Shown: positions 8,997 to 18,259 of the stretch, in pieces
Layout of the letters: each line of letters begins with the position of its first letter
How positions within the stretch are numbered: position 1 is the stretch's first letter
Assembly: GCF_000023965.1 (NCBI RefSeq)
Contig: NC_013202.1
Location: 330,001 to 362,000 of the forward strand
Length of the DNA: 32,000 nucleotides
Direction: 5' to 3'
Source: Halomicrobium mukohataei DSM 12286
GTDB lineage: Archaea > Halobacteriota > Halobacteria > Halobacteriales > Haloarculaceae
The notes under the pieces: generated by a model
Seen by the model: the letters and a program-made list of their open reading frames with translations, nothing else
Told to the model about the DNA's origin: nothing
Database searches by the model: none
Position numbers and translations under genes: made by a program

Positions 8997-9302
8997 ATGG
9001 TCTCCGCCGTCGGTCCGTGGCTCGACACCGGCGAGGCAGCGGTGCTGTTCGCCGCCCTCGCACTGGCGACGATGGGGACGATCGCGCTCTTTCTGGTGGC
9101 GTGTGCGGCCGCCTGGCGGCGTCGAACGACGACGTACCTGCTGGTGACGGCCGCGATCGGACTGCTGGTGTTGCGGTCGATCGTCGGCTTCGGAACGGCG
9201 CTGGGCGCGGTGGCGATGCCGGCCCACCACATCGTCGAGCACACCTTCGACTTCCTCATCGCGCTGTTCGTGCTGGGGGCCGCCTACGCCGTGGGCGAGT
9301 GA
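8997..9302 (+). CDS. Small membrane protein, hypothetical (101 aa, 3 TM)
   Basis: The ATG at 8997 lies in the frame of the 641-aa track ORF. Only this C-terminal part has protein-like composition (MVSAVGPWLDTGEAAVLFAALALATMGTIALFLVACAAAW...). Confidence 0.55.
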   Translation: MVSAVGPWLDTGEAAVLFAALALATMGTIALFLVACAAAWRRRTTTYLLVTAAIGLLVLRSIVGFGTALGAVAMPAHHIVEHTFDFLIALFVLGAAYAVGE

Positions 9303-9401
9303 TACTCGTCGGCCGTGGTCGCGTCCACCGTCGTCGTAGCGGACGAGCGTTTCGAGGGACGCACCACGAGCGACTTGGTGGGCAGGCGCGTGCGGTGACG
9401 T

Positions 9402-9947
9402 ATGGACGCGACCCTATCACGGCGCGAGCTGCTCGGCGCGACGGCGCTGGGGCTGCTCGCCGGCTGCCAGAGCCAGACGACGCCCGAGCCAGTGACACTG
9501 GACGGGACGGAGAGCTGCGACCACTGTGGCATGGTGATCGGACAGCAGTCGGGACCGGTCGGCGAGACGTACTACGAGGACAACAGCCCGGCGGGCCACG
9601 ACCCACCGACTCGGTTCTGTAGCGCGGTCTGTACCTACCGCCACCGCTTCCAGACCGAACAGCGAGGCTGGACGCCGACCGTCACGTATCTGACTGACTA
9701 CAGCAGCGTCGACGGCGAGGTCGGCGAGACGGACGGAACCGCCCTCCTCACCCGACACCTCGACGCGTCGGCCTTCGCGCCGACGACCGACGTGACCGTC
9801 GTCGTCGGGGCCGACGTGGAAGGCGCGATGGGGCCGGCGCTGGTCCCGTTCGGCGAGGCCGACGACGCCACCGCGTTCGCCGAGGAACACGGCGGCCAGA
9901 CCGTCGCCGCGACGGACCTCTCCAGGGAGGCGGTCGAGCAGGAGTGA
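9402..9947 (+). CDS. nosL: NosL-family copper-chaperone-like lipoprotein
   Basis: It has a Tat-type signal plus lipobox (SRRELLGATALGLLAGC), the NosL hallmark CDHCGM motif, and a C-terminal GPALVPFGEADDATAFAEEHGG segment. Confidence 0.75.
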   Translation: MDATLSRRELLGATALGLLAGCQSQTTPEPVTLDGTESCDHCGMVIGQQSGPVGETYYEDNSPAGHDPPTRFCSAVCTYRHRFQTEQRGWTPTVTYLTDYSSVDGEVGETDGTALLTRHLDASAFAPTTDVTVVVGADVEGAMGPALVPFGEADDATAFAEEHGGQTVAATDLSREAVEQE

Positions 9948-10012
9948 TCCCGGAAACTGAGAACCGGGGACAGGCAATTTATGCATCGAGACGTACGACG
10001 GGACGACACCGA

Positions 10013-10543
10013 ATGTCGACAGTCAGAGAGCAGGTGCGCGAGTCCGTCTCCGCGAACCCCGGGATCCACTTCAACGAACTGACCCGCCGCCTCGACATCG
10101 CGACGGGACAGGCCCAGTATCACCTCCGGAAACTCGTCCGAGCCGGCGACATCAACACCGAGGAGATCCGGGGTCGAACGCACTACTTCGACCGGGAGCA
10201 CGACCCCTGGGAACGGCGCACGATCGCGCTGGTCCGCCGGGAGACGACGCGATCGATCGTCGGACACCTGCTGGAAGACGGCCCGCTGGCGTCGGTCGAA
10301 CTGGTCGACCGCCTCGACGTGGCCCGCAGCACCGTCTCCTGGCACGTCGAGTCGCTGATCGAGGCCGGCGTCGCCGAGAAGTCCTACGGCCAGCGCGGCC
10401 GGGCGGTCGTCGCTCTGACGCGGCCGACCGAGACCCGACGGCTGTTACAGACCGTCGAGCCCTCGCTGGCCGACCGGCTGGTCGATCGGTTCAGCCGACT
10501 CGTCGACGACAGCCTCGGTCGGGACGGCTATAGTAACAATTGA
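10013..10543 (+). CDS. Transcriptional regulator with two tandem winged-helix (ArsR/MarR-like) domains
   Basis: The ATG at 10013 gives MSTVREQVRESVSANPGIHFNELTRRLDIATGQAQYHLRKLV (wHTH 1). SIVGHLLEDGPLASVELVDRLDVARSTVSWHVESLIEAGV forms wHTH 2. The last 5 codons and the stop lie inside the 86-bp palindromic element. Confidence 0.7.
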   Translation: MSTVREQVRESVSANPGIHFNELTRRLDIATGQAQYHLRKLVRAGDINTEEIRGRTHYFDREHDPWERRTIALVRRETTRSIVGHLLEDGPLASVELVDRLDVARSTVSWHVESLIEAGVAEKSYGQRGRAVVALTRPTETRRLLQTVEPSLADRLVDRFSRLVDDSLGRDGYSNN

Positions 10544-10613
10544 AACGATTTACACACCGATCGCACTGCCGTCGTGCGATCGGGTGTGCATTGATTTTCA
10601 ATGGCTACGATAG
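10528..10613. repeat. 86-bp near-perfect palindromic element, copy A (MITE/PATE-like or structured terminator)
   Basis: ctatagtaacaattgaaacgatttacacaccgatcgcactgccgtcgtgcgatcgggtgtgcattgattttcaatggctacgatag. This is the reverse complement of 27094-27179 with one mismatch (g10609). Its own ends are inverted (ctatagta...tac[g/t]atag), and the whole unit folds into a hairpin with ~39-nt arms. Confidence 0.9.
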
Positions 10614-11428
10614 CGGAATCCCGCCCACAGCGTCGCCAGCGAGAGGCCACTGGCCCACCAGAACAGCGACGCGACGAGGGCGAGCCCGGTCGGGACGAAG
10701 CCGGAACGGCCCTCGAAGGCCACCGAGAGGACGTGTTCGAACACCAGCCCGCGGTACGCGCCCGAGGGTGTCAGGGCGAGGACGGTCCCGAGTGCGGACT
10801 CGTCGAGGAGACCGCCCCCGAGCGCGGTGAGGACGGTCACGTCGGTGCCGGCGACGACGAGGAGGAGTCCGAGCAGACCAAGCAGGATCGCCCGGCGGCG
10901 GGAGTTTGCGACCGCCGATAGCGCGAGCGCGACGGCGAGTGTGACCAGCCCCAGCAGCGCCGTCAGCGCGACGAAGCGGACGTACAGCGACACCGAGTCG
11001 ACGCCGCGGTGGCTCGCGAGCACCGTCGTCTCCGGACCCGCGGTCGTCGCGACGTGAGCCCCGAGGGCCAACAGCGGGACGACGACGGCCGCGAGCAACG
11101 CGACCGCTCGACCCGCGTACACGCCCGCGACGTAGGTCCACGGCGAGAGCGGGTAGGTTTCCAGTACCGCCGGCTCGCCGCGGGCCGTCGCGTCGGCGAG
11201 GGCGCGATAGCCGATCGCGAAGGCGGCGGCCGGAACGAGCAGTTCGACGACGACCAGCACGTCGACGACCGTCGGCACGTACCCGCCCGAGGGGCCGCCG
11301 CCAGCGCGGGCGACGCCGAACGCGAGCGCGGCGACGACGGCCGCGAGGACGAACACGACCCGCGTCCGAACCAGTCCCCGCACCTCGCGGCCGAAGACGG
11401 TCCAGAAGCGATCGAGCGCGCCGGTCAC
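10598..11428 (-). CDS. nosY: ABC-2 type permease, NosY-like
   Basis: The 276-aa polytopic membrane ORF overlaps the upstream ATPase gene by 4 nt (11425-11428) and lies in nosD-nosF-nosY order. Its last 5 codons and stop lie in the palindromic element. Confidence 0.7.
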   Translation of the reverse strand: MTGALDRFWTVFGREVRGLVRTRVVFVLAAVVAALAFGVARAGGGPSGGYVPTVVDVLVVVELLVPAAAFAIGYRALADATARGEPAVLETYPLSPWTYVAGVYAGRAVALLAAVVVPLLALGAHVATTAGPETTVLASHRGVDSVSLYVRFVALTALLGLVTLAVALALSAVANSRRRAILLGLLGLLLVVAGTDVTVLTALGGGLLDESALGTVLALTPSGAYRGLVFEHVLSVAFEGRSGFVPTGLALVASLFWWASGLSLATLWAGFRYRSH

Positions 11429-12144
11429 GACTCGTCACCCCCGTCGACCGCAGTCGTCGGCTCCGACAGCAGATCGGTAAACGTCTCGTGGAGCGGGCCA
11501 CCCGTCCGCTCGCGCAGCGCGGCCGGCGAGCCCCTCGCCGCGACGCCACCGGCCTCGACGACGACAACGTGGTCCGCCGTCCGCTCGACCAGCGAGAGCG
11601 CGTGCGAGGTGAGCAACACGGCCCGCCCGTCCGCCGCCAGCGAGTCGATCACCCCGAAGATCCGATCGCTCATCGCCGGGTCGAGTCCGCTCGCGGGTTC
11701 GTCCAGCGCGAGGATCGGCGGATCGCCAGCGAGTGCCTGTGCGATCCCGAGCAGTCGCGTCATGCCGCCAGAGAGCGCCGAGACGCGCCGGTCCGGGACG
11801 GTGTCGAGCCCGACGCGTTCGAGCAGCCGGTCCGGGTCGTCCTCGACCAGCGCGGCGTAGAACGCGATCGTCTCCCTGACCGTGTCGTCGGGCCGGAACG
11901 TCGGACGCTGCGGGAGATAGCCCACCTGTCGGCGGGCGTCGGACTCGCCGTAGTCGACGGTGCCCGCGTCGGACCGTTCGATCCCCAGCAACACATCCAG
12001 CAGCGTCGTCTTCCCGGAGCCGTTCGGGCCGATCAGCGCCGTCACGCCGTCGGTGGGCACGTCGATTGACACGCCGTCGAGAGCGGTCACGTCACCGTAG
12101 CTTCGACGGAGGTCCGTCGCCGTGAGCGCAACGTCGTCGGTCAC
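11425..12144 (-). CDS. nosF: ABC transporter ATP-binding protein, NosF-like
   Basis: Walker A (GPNGSGKTT), the signature motif (LSGGM) and Walker B (ILALDEP) are all present. It overlaps both neighbouring genes by 4 nt. Confidence 0.85.
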   Translation of the reverse strand: MTDDVALTATDLRRSYGDVTALDGVSIDVPTDGVTALIGPNGSGKTTLLDVLLGIERSDAGTVDYGESDARRQVGYLPQRPTFRPDDTVRETIAFYAALVEDDPDRLLERVGLDTVPDRRVSALSGGMTRLLGIAQALAGDPPILALDEPASGLDPAMSDRIFGVIDSLAADGRAVLLTSHALSLVERTADHVVVVEAGGVAARGSPAALRERTGGPLHETFTDLLSEPTTAVDGGDES

Positions 12145-14057
12145 GGCGAGACACCCCCGTCGGTCGTCTCGTTAGTCGCCGTCGCCAGGAGTCTCGGGTT
12201 GGCCGGCTCGGTCAGGGGAGCCGTGTCGACGATACTGGCCGACCTGAATCCGGGTGTCGTCCCCCGGAGAGACCGAAGCGCGTGGACGCTGGGTGCCTCG
12301 CTCAGCACCACCGCGGCGTCGCTCCGGTGGAGCCGTCGATCGACCGAGTCCGTCGGCGAGTAGGGACGTGACAGCGCCTGACCGCCCTCGTCGAGGTCGT
12401 ACGCGCCGCTCCAGTAGTTCCCACGACCGTCGTGCGTGTAGATGCGCATGGGTCCGGGCCTGCTCGTGGCGTGGCGATCGTTGGCGACGAAGTCGTTCTC
12501 GACGACCCGGTTCGACGGGACGATCGTCGCCGCCGTCACGCCGACCGCGTTGTCGGAGAGGACGTTGTGCTCGTACAGGGACCGACCGGCGTTCGTCGAG
12601 AGCCCGCGCTCGGTGCCGACGACGACGTTGTGGCCGACGTAGCTCCTCGAACCCGCGGTGAGGATGCCGCTCCTGGCACGGCGAACGTCGTTGCCGACGA
12701 TCGCGTTGCCCGAGGGGTCCGTCATGACGACGATCCCCGCGTGGCTCTGGTCGCGCACCTGATTGTCGGCGATCAGTGCGTCGGAGGTGTACATCAGATG
12801 CGTACCGAAGCGGTTGCCTCGGAACGTGTTGTTCCGGAGCACGGTCCCGTCGGCCCGGTGTAAGTAGACGCCGTCGCGCCCGTCGGTAAACGTCGAGTGC
12901 TGGACGACGATCGGCTCGTCCATTCCGACGACGCCCATGAATCCGTCGCGCCAGTCGTCGGTCCCGTCGACGGTGACGTTCTCGACGACCGCGCCGGGCG
13001 TCCCGACGAGGACGAACCCGCTGGCCGGCGTCTCGACGGAGACGTTCGCGACGAAGAGCCCGGAGACGTTCGTCGCCGCGACGGCGGCGTCGCTCTGCCC
13101 GTATCCCCGGCGGACCGGTGCGTCCCAGGACGAGTCGGCGTTCGTCGGTTCGCCGACGGTCGCGTTCCCGACGCCGACGATCTCGAAGCCGACGACGCCG
13201 ACCCGATCGGCGGTCACCCGGAGGACCGTCCCGTCGCCGCCGCCGTCGAGTCGGGTGCCCTCGCCCCGCAGCGTCACCGGTTTGTCGACGGTGACGTTGC
13301 CGACGGTGGTCGCCGTCGGGACCCTGATCGTCGTGTTCGGCGGCGCGCGGTCGATCGCGGCCCGTACCGTCGCCACGTCGCGGCCGACGACGACCGAGAC
13401 CGGACGATCGCGGCGCTCGCGGGCGGCCCCGACCCGCTCGTCGGCTCGCGACGCTCGCTGCTCGACCTGTGCTCGGACCGCCGCGGCGGGGTCGTCTGTC
13501 GTCGGCTCCCGAGCGCGGACCGTCTGCCAGTCGACGACTCGGCCGCCACAGTCCCCGGTGAAGGCCTCGGCGTCCGCGCGGTCCTCGAAGGGGACGATCA
13601 CCGGCCCGGCAGGGCTGCGTGCGTCGCTGTCGACGACGTAGTGGGCGGTTTCGGCCGGCGTCCACTCTGGGGTGGCCGACGCCGAGAGCGAGCCGCCGGC
13701 CGAGCAGTCCACCGAGACGCCGCCGTAGTCGGAGACGTACACCGCGAGTGGGAAGCCGAACTGACTGGCGCGGGCTGGCGCGTCCAGCGCACTCACCAGC
13801 CGGTCGATGCCGGGGTAGCCGACCACGTACCGGAACTGCGAGTAGAAGACCTCCGCACGGGGGACAGAGGCCCCCTCCGCACGCGCGATCTGTTCGGCTT
13901 CCATCGTGAGGCCGACGCCAACCGTCTCGTCGTACGCGACCGGCTCGGGGCGGGCACTGCCGGCGTCGGCGGTAAACGCAGCGGTCACGACGACGGCGGC
14001 GACCGCGACGAGGGCGATCGCGAACCATTGCCAGCCAGTCGCCTCAGAGGTGATCAT
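12141..14057 (-). CDS. nosD: NosD-like periplasmic right-handed beta-helix protein with an N-terminal NosL-like domain
   Basis: The ATG at 14057 gives MITSEATGWQWFAIALVAVAAVVV (signal anchor). The C-terminal ~430 aa carry repetitive parallel beta-helix motifs (NNTFRGNRFG, IADNQVRD, IVGNDVRR, VGHNVVVG, VVENDFVAND). The N-terminal ~200 aa end in GPVIVPFEDRADAEAFTGDCGG. The 111-codon upstream extension of the track ORF is Arg/Pro/Trp-rich and overlaps another gene. Confidence 0.8.
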   Translation of the reverse strand: MITSEATGWQWFAIALVAVAAVVVTAAFTADAGSARPEPVAYDETVGVGLTMEAEQIARAEGASVPRAEVFYSQFRYVVGYPGIDRLVSALDAPARASQFGFPLAVYVSDYGGVSVDCSAGGSLSASATPEWTPAETAHYVVDSDARSPAGPVIVPFEDRADAEAFTGDCGGRVVDWQTVRAREPTTDDPAAAVRAQVEQRASRADERVGAARERRDRPVSVVVGRDVATVRAAIDRAPPNTTIRVPTATTVGNVTVDKPVTLRGEGTRLDGGGDGTVLRVTADRVGVVGFEIVGVGNATVGEPTNADSSWDAPVRRGYGQSDAAVAATNVSGLFVANVSVETPASGFVLVGTPGAVVENVTVDGTDDWRDGFMGVVGMDEPIVVQHSTFTDGRDGVYLHRADGTVLRNNTFRGNRFGTHLMYTSDALIADNQVRDQSHAGIVVMTDPSGNAIVGNDVRRARSGILTAGSRSYVGHNVVVGTERGLSTNAGRSLYEHNVLSDNAVGVTAATIVPSNRVVENDFVANDRHATSRPGPMRIYTHDGRGNYWSGAYDLDEGGQALSRPYSPTDSVDRRLHRSDAAVVLSEAPSVHALRSLRGTTPGFRSASIVDTAPLTEPANPRLLATATNETTDGGVSP

Positions 14058-14184
14058 GAACTGGCTGCCGACACGACCCCCAGCCCCAAACGTCGTGTGG
14101 TGTGCCCGTCGAAACAGGCGAGAGCAGCGGCCGATCGGTGGCCGGCAGGCCGCAGGGCGACGGTGCGGCGGGCCAGATCGGCGT

Positions 14185-14511
14185 TTACTCGCCGAGACGG
14201 GGACCCGGCTTCCAGGTGTTGCCTTCGAGCACCACCAGGTCGTACCGCTCCAGGACCTGCATCGTCTCGACGACGGCCGCGGCGTCGTAGTCGGCGGCCA
14301 TCTCGCCGGGCAGTTCGTCGGCGATGGCGCTTCGGGTGCCACCGCCCATGCGCTGGACCGTCTCCAGGAGCGTTTCGAGGTCGCTGGCAAGCGGGGCGAG
14401 CGCGTCCGGGCGACTCTCCTCGGATTTCAGCTTCGACACGACCTCTTCGTACCGGCCGGTGATCTCCATCGACACGGATACGTCCTCGTCAGTCGACTCG
14501 TCCTCTGACAT
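14185..14511 (-). CDS. Acidic hypothetical protein (108 aa), possible C-terminal winged helix
   Basis: The ATG at 14511 gives MSEDESTDEDVSVSMEITGRYEEVV...TRSAIADELP...VVETMQVLERYDLVVLEGNTWKPG. Its composition is haloarchaeal, and it lies upstream of nosD on the same strand. Confidence 0.55.
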   Translation of the reverse strand: MSEDESTDEDVSVSMEITGRYEEVVSKLKSEESRPDALAPLASDLETLLETVQRMGGGTRSAIADELPGEMAADYDAAAVVETMQVLERYDLVVLEGNTWKPGPRLGE

Positions 14512-14671
14512 ACCCGAACCGACGGGTAGATAGATCAAAAGCGTTTCCACACGCCGCCATATCGAAACAGGCCGGAGAGATTCGTTTTCACCAGCCCATA
14601 TTTGTCAGCCACTCGGCGGAATCGAGGGGCAGAGTGAGTGGACGACGCCGGTGGCGTCGGGCATAGCCGAG

Positions 14672-15724
14672 TCAGCTTCCCGCGTCAGAGGCCGCGTCGA
14701 CGGCGCTGCCCTCAGGCCCGGAGTGGAAAGCGTCCCGGTGGTCCCCGCGGCGGACTGCGCCACGGAGTCCCGCTTCGGCGATGTTGCCGCCGTGCTCGGC
14801 CGTTCGACGGAGGCTATCGAGGACGCGGACGAGTCTGTAGTCGCCGTCCGCGCCGTCGACCAGTCGCCGCTCGATCGCGGTCGCTCGCTCTCTCACGCCG
14901 TCGCGACGGTCGAGCACGTCCCGGGCCGCCCCGGCAGCCGTCCGATCGACGACGACGCCGACGCCGTCCTCGACGACCGTCCTGGCCCGTTGGGCGAGGT
15001 CGGTGAGCGCGTCGACGGATTCGGCGGGTGGCGCTTCGAGCGCCGCCGCCGTGGTCGCGATCCGCTCTGCGTGGTCCGCGACGCGCTCCAGTTCGCAGGC
15101 GGTCCGCCAGCAGTCGAGCAGTTCGGGCCGCCGCTGGCCCAGGGCGTCGACCTCGTCGAGGCGGGCGAGCGCGCGTCCGAAGTGGCGATCGACCATCGCG
15201 GCCAGCCGGTCTGCCTGGTCGTCCCGGTCGGCGATGTCCGGGCCGCCGTCGCCGTCCAGGGCAGCCGTCGCGTCGCGGTGCATCGAGAGGGCGACGAAAG
15301 CGAGCTGGCGGACGGACTGGGGGATCGACACCTCGGCGGCGTCGACGAGGCTCTGGACCGTGATCTGAGCCGCCGTGCGCTCGTCGATCGTCACCCCGGT
15401 CATCGTGCGAGTCACCGACTGGATCCGGCGGGACTGTGCGTCGGTGAACTCGCCGGCAGCCTCGAATCTGACCGTCGACGCGCCAGCGGCGTAGGCCGCC
15501 CGAAGCGTCTGTTCGAGGTGGACCGGGCGCTGGTCCTCGACGGCCACCTCGACGCGACCGGCCCCGTCGTCGGTCTCGCGGGCCTCGACGACGAGCACGC
15601 CGTCGACGTGCGTGTGGAGGTCGACGACGGAGCCGGCTTCGAGCGACTGTTCCCGTGCCCACGACTTGGGGAGCGAGACGGTGTAGGTGCCGCCGCCGAC
15701 CGTCTGGATCTTGCGAGAGTCCAT
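14672..15724 (-). CDS. phoU: Phosphate uptake regulator: AbrB/SpoVT-type N-terminal domain plus PhoU repeats
   Basis: MDSRKIQTVGGGTYTVSLPKSWAREQSLEAGSVV is the AbrB-like swapped-hairpin motif. Helical PhoU-type repeats follow. The gene lies 1 nt downstream of pstB. Confidence 0.85.
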   Translation of the reverse strand: MDSRKIQTVGGGTYTVSLPKSWAREQSLEAGSVVDLHTHVDGVLVVEARETDDGAGRVEVAVEDQRPVHLEQTLRAAYAAGASTVRFEAAGEFTDAQSRRIQSVTRTMTGVTIDERTAAQITVQSLVDAAEVSIPQSVRQLAFVALSMHRDATAALDGDGGPDIADRDDQADRLAAMVDRHFGRALARLDEVDALGQRRPELLDCWRTACELERVADHAERIATTAAALEAPPAESVDALTDLAQRARTVVEDGVGVVVDRTAAGAARDVLDRRDGVRERATAIERRLVDGADGDYRLVRVLDSLRRTAEHGGNIAEAGLRGAVRRGDHRDAFHSGPEGSAVDAASDAGS

Positions 15725-15725
15725 G

Positions 15726-16631
15726 TTACCCGAACTTGCCGGTGATGTAGTCTTCGACGCGCTGGCTCTCGGGATTCTCGAAGATCGTGCCGGTGTCGTC
15801 GTACTCGACGAGTTCCCCGCCGGTGAGGAAGACCGCCGTCCGGTCGGAGATACGGGCGGCCTGTTGCATGTTGTGGGTGACGATGACGACCGTGAACTCC
15901 TCGGCCAGCTCCTCGATGAGGTCCTCGATCTTCGAGGTCGCGATCGGGTCCAGTGCCGAGGCGGGTTCGTCCATGAGTATCACGTCGGGGTCGACCGCGA
16001 TCGCTCGTGCGATACAGAGACGCTGCTGTTGCCCGCCGGAGAGGTCCAGGGCCGACTTGTCGAGCTGGTCTTTGACCTCGTCCCAGAGGGCGGCTCGCCT
16101 GAGCGACTCCTCGACTTGCTGATCGAGATCGACCTCGCCGTCCCGGCCCTGTACTCGCAGGCCGTAGGCGACGTTGTCGTAGATGCTCTTGGGGAAGGGG
16201 TTGGGGTGCTGGAACACCATGCCGATCCGGCGACGGAGCGCGACCGGGTCGATATCTTGCTCGTACACGTCCTGGCCGTCGAAGCGGAGTTCGCCCTCGA
16301 TACGGGCGCTGTCGACGAGGTCGTTCATCCGGTTGATGCACCGGAGAAACGTCGACTTCCCACAGCCCGACGGCCCGATCATCGCGGTGACCTGTCTGGC
16401 GGGAATCGCCATGCTCACGTCGTCGATAGCCTGCAGGTCATCGTAGTACACGTCCAGGTTCCGGGATTCGATGACCGTCTTGCCCGAACTCGCTGAACGA
16501 CTCCCCGAGCCCTCGACGGAGATATCGTGATCGACCAGTGGGTCCCCCGAGGGATCGAGCGTGTTCGAAGCGGTGTCGGTCGTCGTTGCACCGTCGATGC
16601 CGTCGTCGGTAGCGATTTCGTTGTTGCTCAT
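15726..16631 (-). CDS. pstB: Phosphate ABC transporter ATP-binding protein
   Basis: The motifs are [23 protein letters not shown] and [12 protein letters not shown], with the typical PstB end ([17 protein letters not shown]). It has an acidic N-terminal extension of about 45 aa. Confidence 0.95.
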   Translation of the reverse strand: MSNNEIATDDGIDGATTTDTASNTLDPSGDPLVDHDISVEGSGSRSASSGKTVIESRNLDVYYDDLQAIDDVSMAIPARQVTAMIGPSGCGKSTFLRCINRMNDLVDSARIEGELRFDGQDVYEQDIDPVALRRRIGMVFQHPNPFPKSIYDNVAYGLRVQGRDGEVDLDQQVEESLRRAALWDEVKDQLDKSALDLSGGQQQRLCIARAIAVDPDVILMDEPASALDPIATSKIEDLIEELAEEFTVVIVTHNMQQAARISDRTAVFLTGGELVEYDDTGTIFENPESQRVEDYITGKFG

Positions 16632-16636
16632 AGGTA

Positions 16637-18259
16637 TCAGGTGTCTCGCTCGTATCGATTCCGGACGATGACAGCCGTCGCGTTCATCACCAGCATCAGG
16701 GCCAGCAACACGATGGCGGCCGCCGGCACCACGCCGTGTCTGAACTCCGGCAACGCGCTGGACCTCGCAGCGTAAATCTGGAGCGGCAGCGCGGTCGCCG
16801 ACGAGAACAGCCCCTCAGGCGGCGTGTACGTCGTCGTCGCCACCGCGATCATGACGAGTGGCGCGGTCTCGCCGATCGCACGAGCCAGCGCCAGAATCGT
16901 CCCGGTGAGTATGCTCGGAACCGCTTCGGGGAACACCACGTTGCGAAGCGTCTGCCAGCGGCTTGCCCCCATGCCGTACGAGGCCTCCCGGAGCGAGTCG
17001 GGAACGGCCCGGATCGCCTCCTGTGCCGAGACGACCACGATCGGGAGAATGAGGAGCCCGAGTGTCCCCGCGGCGGAGACGACGATCCCGGTTCCGAACC
17101 CAAGCGTCCGCCGGAACAGGGCGAGCCCCAACAGGCCGTAGACGACTGACGGAACGCCCGCGAGGTTCGAGATGTTCACTTCGAGCAGCGTCGCGAACCG
17201 ACTGCCCCAGCCCGATTTCGGGGCGTACTCTTCGAGGTAGACGGCCGCACTGATTCCGACCGGAAAGGCGAGGATCGCCATGAACCCGACGACGACGATC
17301 GACCCGACGAGCTGGGGATAGACGCCGGCCTCACTCGCAACCCGCCCGTGCCACGACTCCAAGAGCAGCGTCGGCGTCAGATAGCTCTCCAGACCCTTGA
17401 TGGCGAGCTGTCGTTCGAGCGTGGCACCCGCGAGCACGCCGCCGATGAGCACGAACGGTCCGAGGACGCCGATTCGACCCTCCGAGTTCGTGCCGACCGT
17501 CGAGCCGACGACGTACCCCACCGGGACCACGAACGTCGAAAAGAGCACGACCCAGAACGACGGATCGGTACCGACACCGAGTAGCCCGCCAGCGACCAGG
17601 AACGCACTCAGAAGGACGGCCGCTGTGGCCATTATACCATGCCGGGGCGACCAGCGACGCGCCACGACGAAACCGATGATGCCGGCGACCGGAAGCGTCG
17701 TGATTCCGAAATACGCGATCCACTGGGCCGCGATACCGACGACCGGGCGAACGAGGCCGTAGAGCAGCGCAGCGACACCGAGGCCGAGCACGGCCGCCAC
17801 CGGTATCGCGGGACCGGTGTACGTCCGCTCGTCCGTCGTGCGACCGTACACACCGACCAGCAGCGGAGGGATAGCTCCGAACAGCAGGTAGATGAGCACG
17901 TCGTACGGACTCACGGAGTCCGCGACGACGTAAGTGACGAGGCTGACAGCCAGCCCGCCGAACACGACGGCGAAGGCCTTCGCGTTCACGGCTCGGACGG
18001 CCGTGTCCCGTCTCGCGTACCACGTGAACGCGGCGGTCGGGGCCACCAGCGTCCCGAAGTACAGGAGATACCACTGGGCCGAGGCCGTCAGGGGCTGAAA
18101 CGTGTCGAACGCGATGTACCCGAACAGGATCAGTAACGACACGATACCGACGAGCGTCGCGCCCAGCAGCGCCGCCTCGAAGAGCTGGCCTTTGAGCTCT
18201 CGAAGCCGGGTGCCGCTCGCTTGACGCAGTTGGTCGACGCCCTCGTCTTGGGTCGCCAT
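16637..18259 (-). CDS. pstA: Phosphate ABC transporter permease PstA (long haloarchaeal form, 540 aa)
   Basis: The C-terminal part carries the permease EAA-type motif ([19 protein letters not shown]), and the gene position is between pstC and pstB. Confidence 0.9.
   Translation of the reverse strand: MATQDEGVDQLRQASGTRLRELKGQLFEAALLGATLVGIVSLLILFGYIAFDTFQPLTASAQWYLLYFGTLVAPTAAFTWYARRDTAVRAVNAKAFAVVFGGLAVSLVTYVVADSVSPYDVLIYLLFGAIPPLLVGVYGRTTDERTYTGPAIPVAAVLGLGVAALLYGLVRPVVGIAAQWIAYFGITTLPVAGIIGFVVARRWSPRHGIMATAAVLLSAFLVAGGLLGVGTDPSFWVVLFSTFVVPVGYVVGSTVGTNSEGRIGVLGPFVLIGGVLAGATLERQLAIKGLESYLTPTLLLESWHGRVASEAGVYPQLVGSIVVVGFMAILAFPVGISAAVYLEEYAPKSGWGSRFATLLEVNISNLAGVPSVVYGLLGLALFRRTLGFGTGIVVSAAGTLGLLILPIVVVSAQEAIRAVPDSLREASYGMGASRWQTLRNVVFPEAVPSILTGTILALARAIGETAPLVMIAVATTTYTPPEGLFSSATALPLQIYAARSSALPEFRHGVVPAAAIVLLALMLVMNATAVIVRNRYERDT

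Noticed and set aside
7377-9302. The 641-aa plus-strand ORF and the 604-aa / 285-aa minus-strand ORFs (7428-9242, 8402-9259), taken at full length.
   Set aside because: Only sub-segments have protein-like composition and recognisable motifs: the wHTH regulator (7428-8345), the phosphoesterase (8402-8890) and the small membrane protein (8997-9302). The rest is Arg/Pro/Gly-rich read-through of the other strand's genes.
9402-14057. Reading the nos-type genes as evidence for denitrification / N2O reduction.
   Set aside because: No nosZ, nosR or nir/nor genes are in the window. Accessory-type genes alone do not support that pathway call.
14058-14390. The 111-codon N-terminal extension of the NosD ORF (track start at 14390).
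   Set aside because: The extension is Arg/Pro/Trp/Ser-rich and overlaps the well-formed 108-aa gene (14185-14511). The internal ATG at 14057 is followed immediately by a signal-anchor helix.
12172-14462. Long alternative-frame or antisense ORFs over nosD (12172-14028 minus strand, 12897-14462 plus strand, and others).
   Set aside because: They show shadow-ORF composition (poly-Arg/Gly/Asp) and no motifs. The region is explained by the beta-helix NosD frame.
14651-15745. The 364-aa plus-strand ORF and the 282-aa minus-strand alternative frame over phoU.
   Set aside because: They are antisense or out of frame relative to a clear AbrB-PhoU gene and have non-protein-like composition.
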